Positions 25,100 to 32,981 of a stretch of DNA of 57,516 bases are shown here, piece after piece; the first letter of the stretch is position 1; every line of letters begins with the position of its first letter. Below the pieces are notes generated by a model that did no database searches, was not told the DNA's origin, and was given only the letters and a program-made list of their open reading frames with translations. Both the position numbers and the translations under genes were made by a program. The stretch covers positions 1 through 57,516 of the forward strand of contig DASUMP010000067.1 in assembly GCA_036277635.1 (NCBI GenBank), read 5' to 3'. Source of the DNA: Acidimicrobiia bacterium (GTDB lineage Bacteria > Actinomycetota > Acidimicrobiia > IMCC26256 > PALSA-610).

Positions 25100-25158
25100 G
25101 ATCTGAGCACGAGGTGTGGTGGCCCGGCGGTGGGTCGGCGGCCGGTGAGGAGCTTCGG

Positions 25159-25926
25159 ATGTCGAGCACGGTGGTCCCCAGGACGGAGATCGACAGCGCG
25201 CCGATCGAGGCCACGGGGAGCGCGGATGCCGAGCGCCCGCACCGGCGTCGTCGGCGCCGGGCGCGCCCGACGGTGTCGGCACCGCACGTCGTGATGGTGA
25301 TCGCCGGTGCCGTCGCCGGGCTCGCGACGTTGGCGGCGCTGCGCGACGACGTCCCCGCGGCTCACTTCGTCGTCGCGGCTCACGATCTGGCGCCGGGGAC
25401 CCCGCTCGCGAGCGCCGAGGTCGAGCTGGTCGTCGGCCACGCCGACGAGCGCCTGCTCGACGACGTCGTGCGCGCCGACGAGCTCGCCGACCTCCAGCAG
25501 TTGGTGCTGGCACGCGTCGTGGCCGAGGGGGTTCCTCTCCGGCGTGGAGATCTCACGCAGATCCGAGACGAGTCGGTGCCTCGTACGTTCGGCTTCTCGC
25601 TGCCACGAGCGCGCGCGGTCGGCGGCGCCCTCGTCGTGGGAGATCGCGTCGACGTCCTGGCCGTCGACGCGGGTGGTCAGCACGCGTCCTACATCGCCAC
25701 CGCCGTCGAGGTGGTCGCGTACAACGACGGTGGGAGCGGACCGCTCGGCACGTCCGACGACGTCGTCGTGACCGTCGCCGTCGACGAATCGACGGCGCTC
25801 TCGCTGGCGTCGGCGCTCGAACGCGGATCGGTCAGTCTCGTGCGTTCGACCGGCGCGCGTCGCGAGGCGATCGAGCGGCCCGTCGACGTTCGTCGGCGCG
25901 TCGCCTCTCCCGGAGCGCGATCGTGA
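25159..25926 (+). CDS. cpaB: Flp pilus assembly protein CpaB/RcpC-like (SAF domain)
   Basis: ATG with a GAGGAG RBS. Has an N-terminal TM (VVMVIAGAVAGLATLAAL) and then a SAF-like segment (VVAAHDLAPGTPL). First gene of the tad operon. Confidence 0.7.
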   Translation: MSSTVVPRTEIDSAPIEATGSADAERPHRRRRRRARPTVSAPHVVMVIAGAVAGLATLAALRDDVPAAHFVVAAHDLAPGTPLASAEVELVVGHADERLLDDVVRADELADLQQLVLARVVAEGVPLRRGDLTQIRDESVPRTFGFSLPRARAVGGALVVGDRVDVLAVDAGGQHASYIATAVEVVAYNDGGSGPLGTSDDVVVTVAVDESTALSLASALERGSVSLVRSTGARREAIERPVDVRRRVASPGARS

Positions 25927-27137
25927 CGGCCTCCGGCGAGCCGGAGGTCGCGCTCGCGTTCACCGCGGAGCGATGGGTCGAGGGGTTCCATCGGTACTGC
26001 GCAGATCACGGCGGCGCGAGGATCCGACTGGTCGTCGTCGATCCGGCAGTGGCGCTCGACGAGCACTTCGACGTCATGGTCGCGGGGCACCGCTGGCCGC
26101 CGCTCGACGCGTCGTTCGTCGATGCGCTCCATGAGCGGGGCGTGATCGTCGTCGGGGTCCACGACCGCGCCGAACCAGCGTCGGAGCAGTTCCTCGTGTC
26201 CGTCGGTATCGACGGCGCCGTCGCGTCCGATCTCGGACCGGAGGCGATCGTGGCCGAGGTCGCGCGCGCGGTCGTCGTGGGCGCGGCGTCGGGCCCGGGC
26301 TCGCGAGTCGGGCAGGCGTCCGAACGGCAGAACGTGCCGACGCGCTCGCGGGGTGGGCGAGGACGTGTCGTCGCGGTCGGGGGACCGAGTGGGTCGGGCC
26401 GCACCGAGGTCGCGATTGCCGTGGCGGACGGGCTCGCGAACCTGCGGCACACGTGCGTGCTCATCGACGCCGACGACGTGACGCCCGGGGTGGCGGCCCG
26501 TCTCGGCCTCCCGCTCGAGCCGAACCTCGCCACCGCGGTCGATCGCCTCACGACGAGCGGCCGGGACCCCGATGTCGTGTTCGCGGGGACGTCACGGCTC
26601 GCCGGTGGGCTCGCGGTGTTGCCCGGCCTCGTCGCGAACGCGCCCTGGCTGCGACCGCGTCCGGGACAGGTCGTCGAGGTCGTCGACCTGGCGTCGCTGC
26701 GCCACGACTGGGTCGTCGTCGACGTGTCGGGACCAGTCGAGCCCGCTCCCGACGATCGCGGCGGTCGATTCGACGTCGCCCGTGCGATCCTCGGGCGCGC
26801 CGATGCGGTGGTGGTCGTCGGAACGCCCGATCCGGCCGGCTGCGTGCGTCTCGTGCGCTGGATCGCCGATGCATCGACGGCGGCGCGCGACGTGCCGCTC
26901 CGAATCGCGGTGAACCGGGTCGCTCGCGACCGCGCCCGTGCCCAACAGGTCGTCGCCGAGCTGGGTCGTCGCGGCATCACCACGGCGTGCTCGACGGTCC
27001 GCGACGATCCGCGTGTCCATTCGGCCGCCTGGATGGGCACACCCGTGCGGCGAGGTCGGTTCCGGCGCGACATCGACGCGCTCGTCGACGATCTCGTGTT
27101 CGATCTCGGCGCCGAGCCGCAGACCCTCGTGGGATGA
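25923..27137 (+). CDS. tadZ: TadZ/CpaE-like ParA/MinD-family ATPase (Ssd-like), with N-terminal receiver-like domain
   Basis: 404 aa. Deviant Walker A VVAVGGPSGSGRTEVA. GTGA overlap with cpaB. Confidence 0.7.
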   Translation: MTASGEPEVALAFTAERWVEGFHRYCADHGGARIRLVVVDPAVALDEHFDVMVAGHRWPPLDASFVDALHERGVIVVGVHDRAEPASEQFLVSVGIDGAVASDLGPEAIVAEVARAVVVGAASGPGSRVGQASERQNVPTRSRGGRGRVVAVGGPSGSGRTEVAIAVADGLANLRHTCVLIDADDVTPGVAARLGLPLEPNLATAVDRLTTSGRDPDVVFAGTSRLAGGLAVLPGLVANAPWLRPRPGQVVEVVDLASLRHDWVVVDVSGPVEPAPDDRGGRFDVARAILGRADAVVVVGTPDPAGCVRLVRWIADASTAARDVPLRIAVNRVARDRARAQQVVAELGRRGITTACSTVRDDPRVHSAAWMGTPVRRGRFRRDIDALVDDLVFDLGAEPQTLVG

Positions 27138-28414
27138 ACGTCGACACCCGTATCGACGCGTACGAGTCGCTGCGTCGAGCCGCGATGCAGCGACTCGAGC
27201 GGCGTCGCCTCCGCCCCGACGTCGATCCCGGCGCGGTTCGAGCCGAGATCGTGGCCCTCGTCGACGAGTACGGGCGCGACGCGGAGCTCGGACGAACGCC
27301 GCCACTCGGCGACCCGGACGACATGGTCGAGCGTGTCGCTCGGGCGATCGTCGAGCTCGGACCGCTGACCGACCTCCTGACCCGGGTCGACGTCGAGGAG
27401 ATCTTCATCGAGGGCGCGAAGGTCGCCTACCTCGACGACCGCGGCCGCCTGCTCGGTTCGCCGGTGCCGACGACCGAGGAGGAGAACCGCCGTCTCGTCG
27501 ACCGGCTGCTCGCCGCCACCGATCGGCACCTGAGCGCGCGCTACCCGATCGTCCAGGCTCGCGTCCTCGACGGCACCGCGCGGTTGACCGCAGCGATCCC
27601 ACCGATCGCCGACCACCTCTCGGCGACGGTGCGGCGGTACACGGTGCGCGACGTGTCGCTCGAGGATCTCGTCGAACGCGGATCGATCACGCGTCCGGCC
27701 GCGAACCTGTTGCGCGTGGCGGCCCGCGTCCGCAGCCGCATCGTCGTGTCGGGCGAGCCGGGCGCAGGCAAGACCACGATGCTGGCGGCGTTCCTCGCCG
27801 CGGTCCCGCCGACGCACTGCGTGCGGTGTTGCGAGGAGATCCGCGAGCTGTCCGTACCGGTCGCGCACGGCGGCTACTACGAGGTGCGACCACCGGCCCT
27901 CGACGACAGCGGCGAGGTCACGCTGCGCGATCTCGTCAAGTTCGTGCTCGCGATGCGTCCCGACCGGATCGTCGTCGGTGAGGTCCGTGGCGCCGAGGCC
28001 TTCGAGCTGACGCGGGCGATCAACGCCGGCTGCGGCTTCGCGTGCACGGTGCACGCGAACAGCGCACGCGGCGCACTCCAAGCGCTCGTCAACGCCGCGC
28101 TGATGGCGGGGGAGAACGTCACCGAACACGTCGTGCGGCGCGTCTTCTCCGACGCCCTCGACCTCGTCGTGCACCTCGACCGCGACGATTCCGGCGCCGA
28201 CGCTCCCGGGATCCGACGCGCCGTGGTCGAGATCGCCGCGGTCGCCCCAGAGGTGGATCGACAGCTCACGTGCGAGCCCGTGTTCGCACGCGCCCGTGTC
28301 GGAGGGCCACTCGAATGGACGGGCGCGACGCCCGAGTGGCTCGAGGATCGCCTCGCAGGTGCGCTGGGTCGGAGCTCGCTGCGCGCGGTGCTCGACGGGC
28401 GGGTGACGCCGTGA
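27134..28414 (+). CDS. tadA: TadA/CpaF secretion ATPase
   Basis: Walker A VSGEPGAGKTT, Asp box/Walker B RPDRIVVGEVRG and His box CTVHANS. ATGA overlap with tadZ. Confidence 0.9.
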   Translation: MNVDTRIDAYESLRRAAMQRLERRRLRPDVDPGAVRAEIVALVDEYGRDAELGRTPPLGDPDDMVERVARAIVELGPLTDLLTRVDVEEIFIEGAKVAYLDDRGRLLGSPVPTTEEENRRLVDRLLAATDRHLSARYPIVQARVLDGTARLTAAIPPIADHLSATVRRYTVRDVSLEDLVERGSITRPAANLLRVAARVRSRIVVSGEPGAGKTTMLAAFLAAVPPTHCVRCCEEIRELSVPVAHGGYYEVRPPALDDSGEVTLRDLVKFVLAMRPDRIVVGEVRGAEAFELTRAINAGCGFACTVHANSARGALQALVNAALMAGENVTEHVVRRVFSDALDLVVHLDRDDSGADAPGIRRAVVEIAAVAPEVDRQLTCEPVFARARVGGPLEWTGATPEWLEDRLAGALGRSSLRAVLDGRVTP

Positions 28415-29301
28415 GCGCAGTGATTGCTGCGATCGCGACCGCGATCGCCGTCGGCGCCGCGGTGGCCGGCGCTCACGGGATCGACACCGCGATCGGTATG
28501 CGTCGTCGCGTGCGTCCTCGCCGGCGGATCGACCGTGCGACCTGGTTGCGTCAGGCCGGAGTCGCGATCGCGCCGGCGCAGTTCGCGGCCGGGTCCGCGT
28601 TGCTCGCGCTCGGAGCGGGCGGACTCGTCGCGATGGTGACCGGATCCGTGTACGTCGCGGCGGCGCCGGCGCTCGCTGCCAGCGTGGTACCGCACCTCGT
28701 GCTCGGACGTCGACGCGCGGAACGGATGCGCGACGTGCAGCGGGCGTGGCCCGATGGGCTGCGGGACCTGCTCGCGTCGATCGCCGCCGGGCGCTCGCTG
28801 TCGCAGGCGATCCATGCGCTCGCCGAGACCGGACCCGTCCCGTTGCAGCGTGCGTTCGCTCGCTTCGCCGAACGTAGCCGCATGTTCGGCACCGCGGCCG
28901 CCCTCGAGGTGATTCGCGAGGAGCTCGCCGACCCCGCGAGCGACCGCGTGATCGAGGTGCTCGTCCTCGCCCACGAACGAGGTGGCAACGTGGTCCGAAC
29001 GATCCTCGAAGATCTCGTCGACGCGGCGACCCGGGATCTCAAGCTCGCCGACCAGATCGAGACCGAGGGACTCGAGATGCAGATCAACGCCCGGGCGGTG
29101 GTCGTGCTCCCGTGGATCGTGCTCGTCGTGCTCACGGCACGCCCCGGACCGTTTCGCGACTTCTATCGCGGCTCGGCCGGCCTCCTGACGCTGGCACTCG
29201 GGGCGCTCATGAGTGCGATCGGGGTGATCGTGCTCACACGTCTCGGGCGAGTGCCGCGTGAGCCGCGTGTCTTCGGGGGCGGCGGCGGGGGCGCGCGGTG
29301 A
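28411..29301 (+). CDS. tadB: TadB-like type II secretion system F-family membrane protein
   Basis: N-terminal TM, a central cytoplasmic T2SSF-like domain (WPDGLRDLLASIAAGRSLSQAI) and C-terminal TMs. GTGA overlap with tadA. Confidence 0.8.
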   Translation: MSAVIAAIATAIAVGAAVAGAHGIDTAIGMRRRVRPRRRIDRATWLRQAGVAIAPAQFAAGSALLALGAGGLVAMVTGSVYVAAAPALAASVVPHLVLGRRRAERMRDVQRAWPDGLRDLLASIAAGRSLSQAIHALAETGPVPLQRAFARFAERSRMFGTAAALEVIREELADPASDRVIEVLVLAHERGGNVVRTILEDLVDAATRDLKLADQIETEGLEMQINARAVVVLPWIVLVVLTARPGPFRDFYRGSAGLLTLALGALMSAIGVIVLTRLGRVPREPRVFGGGGGGAR

Positions 29302-30233
29302 GCGTGTCGTGGATCGCGGCGGCTACGAGCGTCGCGGTCGCGGCTGCGGCGATGGCGACATCACGGGTCGTGTATCCGACTCGCGCCACGTTGCGGTCGC
29401 GAGTCGGCCCGTATCTCGTCGCCCCGCGGACCGCACCGGGCGATCACGTCGATCTGGAATCGGCGAGCGTCGCGGGCGCATCGTCGCGCCGGCGATCGGG
29501 TCGGGAGATCGCGCGCTCCTTGCTCCTTCGTGGGGCGCGTGTGATCGATGCGCGCGGTGACGAGGACCTCGCGTCGCTCCTCGCGCGCGCGGGCCTGTAC
29601 GACGTGTCGACGGAAGCGTTCCGGGTGCGGCGCATGACGGACGCACTCGTGGTCGGAGGAGTCGCCACCGCGTTCGCGACGGCGACGACGCGATCGCCGC
29701 TCCTCGTGGTCGTGAGTGGGATCGCAGGGTTCGCGTACGGATCGACGCGCACCCGACGGCGCGTGGAGCGCGCCACCGTCGCGCGCGCCGAGCGCCTGCG
29801 TCAGGAGCTCGTGACGATCAACCAACTGCTCGCGATCCACGTTCGCACTGGTGCCGGTCCGATGCACGCCGTGCGGCGAGTGGTGGATCGGGGATCCGGC
29901 GTCGTGGTCGAAGAGCTCGCCGCGGTCTTGCGCTGGACGCGAGCCGGCACGCGCGACGCGGACGCGTTCCGTCGCGCGGCCGAGATCACCGCCGACCCGA
30001 GCGCAGCGCGGACCTACCTGCTGATCGCCACGGCCGTCGAGCGCGGGGCCGACCTCGGCGCGGCACTGCTCGCACTGAGTCACGACATCCGCGACGCTCG
30101 CCGAGAGGCGCTGCACCAACAGGCGATACGCCGACGCGCCGCGATGCTGCTCCCGACGATCGGGATCCTCGCTCCGATCATGTTGCTGTTCATCGCCGCG
30201 CCGCTGCCCTCGATGGTGTTGGGAGCGCGGTGA
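29298..30233 (+). CDS. tadC: TadC-like type II secretion system F-family membrane protein
   Basis: 311 aa with the same topology as tadB. Overlaps the tadB stop. Confidence 0.75.
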   Translation: MSVSWIAAATSVAVAAAAMATSRVVYPTRATLRSRVGPYLVAPRTAPGDHVDLESASVAGASSRRRSGREIARSLLLRGARVIDARGDEDLASLLARAGLYDVSTEAFRVRRMTDALVVGGVATAFATATTRSPLLVVVSGIAGFAYGSTRTRRRVERATVARAERLRQELVTINQLLAIHVRTGAGPMHAVRRVVDRGSGVVVEELAAVLRWTRAGTRDADAFRRAAEITADPSAARTYLLIATAVERGADLGAALLALSHDIRDARREALHQQAIRRRAAMLLPTIGILAPIMLLFIAAPLPSMVLGAR

Positions 30234-30272
30234 CTGGGTTCGAACGGTTCACGAGTGCAACGAGGAGGATCC

Positions 30273-30479
30273 ATGGACGGAACACCTGACGACTTGATCC
30301 CAACGAGTGAGGGCCGCGCCGCGCGGGTCGACGTCTCCGATCGCGAAGCGGGGTTGACCACGGCCGAGCTGCTCGGCAACGCCGCGCTCGGCGTGCTGGC
30401 CCTCGTCGCGATTTGGACCGCGCTGCGCGGCGTCGGACTCGACGTCGTCGACTGGGTGCGCGCCCAGCTCGTGCAATGA
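30273..30479 (+). CDS. flp: Flp-type pilin candidate (actinobacterial DUF4244/Rv3656c-like)
   Basis: ATG after an AGGAGGA RBS. Contains REAG-LTTAEL-LGNAALGVLALVAIWTAL, a G/XXXXE[Y/L]-type processing motif followed by a hydrophobic helix. Confidence 0.6.
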   Translation: MDGTPDDLIPTSEGRAARVDVSDREAGLTTAELLGNAALGVLALVAIWTALRGVGLDVVDWVRAQLVQ

Positions 30480-30880
30480 CGGCGCGGCCCGAGGATCGAC
30501 CGGGGGCCGCAACAGCGCGAGAGGGCGGCTTCGCGACGGTTGGCTACATCACCGCAGCGTCGTTGGCGTTGATCGTGTTCACGTTCGGCGCGCAGCTGTT
30601 GCTCGGCACGTATGCCCGCTCTGTCGTTCGCGCAGCTGCCGCGGAGGGAGTACGCAGCGCGGTGCGTGTCGACGTCGACGACGCCGCGGAGATCTGCCGG
30701 GCGAGGGCAAGTGCCGTTGTCGCCGATGCGCTGCGCGGCACGATGGGCGAGACGGTGTCGGTGACGTGCCACGAGCGCGACGGAGAAGTCGTGGCCGTCG
30801 TCACCGCCCGTGTCGCCGGATGGGGACTCGTCCCGTCGTCGACCGCGACGGGTCGCGCCCGAGCGACGCGCGAGGGATGA
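30476..30880 (+). CDS. TadE-like pseudopilin/pilus assembly protein
   Basis: 134 aa. Has REGGFATVGYITAASLALIVF, a TadE-type N-terminus. ATGA overlap with flp. Confidence 0.65.
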   Translation: MTARPEDRPGAATAREGGFATVGYITAASLALIVFTFGAQLLLGTYARSVVRAAAAEGVRSAVRVDVDDAAEICRARASAVVADALRGTMGETVSVTCHERDGEVVAVVTARVAGWGLVPSSTATGRARATREG

Positions 30881-31290
30881 CGCCGATGTTGCGCGGCGAG
30901 CGAGGAGTCGCGGCGATCGAGCTCGCGTTCGGGATCGCGGTGCTGCTGCTGCCGGTCATTGTGCTCGTCGGGACGCTGCCCGTCTGGGTCGACCACCGCG
31001 AGGCTGCGGTTGCGGCCGCGAGAGAGGCCGCGGTCGTCGCGGCGCGCGACTTCCCCGATCAGGACCCGACGGCGGCCGATCGATCGGCACGTCGAGTCCT
31101 CGCGGACCACGGGGTGCCCGCGACGTCGGCGTCGATCGACGTCCGACCTGCAGCCGAACGCGGCGACACCGTGGACGCGACGGTCCGCGTCGAGGTCCCG
31201 GCGCTCCATGTACCGCTCATCGGATCGTTCGGAGCGTGGACGGTGACCGTCGTCGCGTCGCGCCGAGTCGAGGATCATCGGAGCCGGTGA
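30877..31290 (+). CDS. TadE-like pseudopilin/pilus assembly protein
   Basis: 137 aa with an ERGVAAIELAFGIAVLLLPV N-terminus. ATGA overlap. Confidence 0.7.
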   Translation: MTPMLRGERGVAAIELAFGIAVLLLPVIVLVGTLPVWVDHREAAVAAAREAAVVAARDFPDQDPTAADRSARRVLADHGVPATSASIDVRPAAERGDTVDATVRVEVPALHVPLIGSFGAWTVTVVASRRVEDHRSR

Positions 31291-31724
31291 CGGTGCACGG
31301 GGTGCCTCGGACGCGCGCCGAACGCGGCTCGGTGACCGTGTGGGTGCTCTCGTTGACCGTCGCCGTCGCGGCGCTCGGGGGTCTCGCGATCGATGTCGGT
31401 CGCGCGTTCGTCGTGCGCCGCGAGCTGGCGACGGTCGCCGACGCCGCAGCGGTCGCAGGCGCGAGCGGCGTCGACGTCGCGTCGCTCCGAGTCGGTGGGG
31501 CCGCGCTCGACCCGCAGCGCGTCGACGCGTTGGTCGCCGTCGCGGTGGCGTCGCACAGCGCCGCGAGCGCGATCGACGAGGTGCGCGTCGTGGTGACCGA
31601 CGCGCAGCGAGTGGAGGTCACCGTGCGCGGCTCGGTGCGCGTGGGTCTGCTCGGACTCTTGCTCGACGCCTCGGTGCTCGCTGTCGAGGTTCACGCGTCG
31701 GCGGAGCCCCGTCGACTGCCCTGA
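31287..31724 (+). CDS. TadG-like (Flp pilus assembly, TadE/G N-terminal domain) protein
   Basis: 145 aa with ERGSVTVWVLSLTVAVAALGGLAIDVGR. GTGA overlap. Confidence 0.6.
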   Translation: MTVHGVPRTRAERGSVTVWVLSLTVAVAALGGLAIDVGRAFVVRRELATVADAAAVAGASGVDVASLRVGGAALDPQRVDALVAVAVASHSAASAIDEVRVVVTDAQRVEVTVRGSVRVGLLGLLLDASVLAVEVHASAEPRRLP

Positions 31725-31742
31725 GCGAGTCGGCGGCGGCCC

Positions 31743-31762
31743 ACCTGACGTGGGCGTCAGGG
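31743..31762. promoter_or_regulatory. ACCTGAC-N6-GTCAGGT family palindrome (site 4)
   Basis: ACCTGAC gtgggc GTCAGGG, followed directly by the -10-like TACGCT. Lies 37 nt upstream of the thiolase ATG at 31799. Confidence 0.5.
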
Positions 31763-31798
31763 TACGCTGCGGACCCTCGTCGACCTTCGGGAGCAGTC

Positions 31799-32974
31799 AT
31801 GGATGTCGTGATCGTCGCGGCCGCGCGCACACCGATCGGGACCGCGCGCAAGGGCACGTTGCTCGACGTGAGCGCCTTCGAGCTCGCCCGTCACGCGGTG
31901 GGCGCCGCCCTCGGACGATCGGGGATCGAGGCCTCGGAGGTCGACGACCTGCAGATGGGTGAGTCGTTGCAGGGAGGCGGCGACATCGCGCGCTACGCCG
32001 CGGTCGAGCTCGGGATCACCAACGTCCCCGGCGTGGCGCTGAACCGCCACTGCGCATCGGGCATGGCGTCGGTGCAGAACGCGGCGGGCAGCATCGCAGC
32101 CGGGATGGACAGCGTCGTGATCGCTGGTGGTGCCGAGTCGATCAGCAGCTCGCCGATGTCGAAGAAGCGGGTGCTCGGCACCGACGAATGGGAGGACTGG
32201 ATGTCGCCCTCCCACCCCGAGCAGCCCGACGCTCCGGCGTTCGACATGTCGATCACGGTGGGGTGGAACACTGCGAAGAAGATCGGCGTGAGCCGCTCCG
32301 AGATGGACGAGTGGGCGTACCGATCGCACCGGCGGGCGGTCGCCGCGATCGACGAGGGTCGGCTCGAGGAGGAGATCGTCCCGATCGAGGTGAAGCGGCG
32401 CGACGGTTCGGTCACCACGTTCGCGGTCGATGAACACCCCCGGCGCGACACGAGCCTGGAGAAGCTCGCGTCGTTGCGACCGCTGCACCCCGAGATCGAT
32501 GACTTCGGTGTGACGGCTGGGAACTCGTCGGGGCTGAACGACGCGGGTGCGGCGCTGGTGCTCGTGAGCGGCGACTACGCGCGTGCCCACGGCCTCCAAC
32601 CGCTCGCCCGGATCCGATCGTGGGCGTCCGTCGGCCTCCCGCCCGAAGACACGGGCCTCGGCCCGATCTCTGCCATCCCGAAAGCCCTGGCGCGCGCCGG
32701 GATGACGGTTGCCGACGTCGATCTCGCCGAGATCAACGAAGCGTTCGCGTCAGTGCCGGTCGCCGCGTGCCGCGAGCTCGGACTCGACCCGGAGATCACG
32801 AATCCGAACGGGTCGGGATGCTCTCTCGGACATCCGGTCGCCGCGACCGGGACCCGCATGATCATCACCACGCTCTACGAGCTCCGGCGCCGGGGTGGCG
32901 GCGTCGGCCTTGCGAGCATGTGCGCGGGCGGGGGCATGGGATCGGCCACCGTGTTCGAGGTGTTCGCGGGCTGA
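31799..32974 (+). CDS. fadA: Acetyl-CoA C-acyltransferase (degradative thiolase, FadA type)
   Basis: Internal start MDVVIVAAARTPIGTARKG. Has NRHCASGMAS (nucleophile Cys), GSGCSLGHPVAATG and CAGGGMG. Confidence 0.9.
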   Translation: MDVVIVAAARTPIGTARKGTLLDVSAFELARHAVGAALGRSGIEASEVDDLQMGESLQGGGDIARYAAVELGITNVPGVALNRHCASGMASVQNAAGSIAAGMDSVVIAGGAESISSSPMSKKRVLGTDEWEDWMSPSHPEQPDAPAFDMSITVGWNTAKKIGVSRSEMDEWAYRSHRRAVAAIDEGRLEEEIVPIEVKRRDGSVTTFAVDEHPRRDTSLEKLASLRPLHPEIDDFGVTAGNSSGLNDAGAALVLVSGDYARAHGLQPLARIRSWASVGLPPEDTGLGPISAIPKALARAGMTVADVDLAEINEAFASVPVAACRELGLDPEITNPNGSGCSLGHPVAATGTRMIITTLYELRRRGGGVGLASMCAGGGMGSATVFEVFAG

Positions 32975-32981
32975 CGGAGGC

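Noticed and set aside
26006-28174. 722-aa minus-strand ORF across tadZ/tadA
   Set aside because: It lies antisense to genes with Walker and His-box motifs and operon-style start-stop coupling. The composition is low in complexity.
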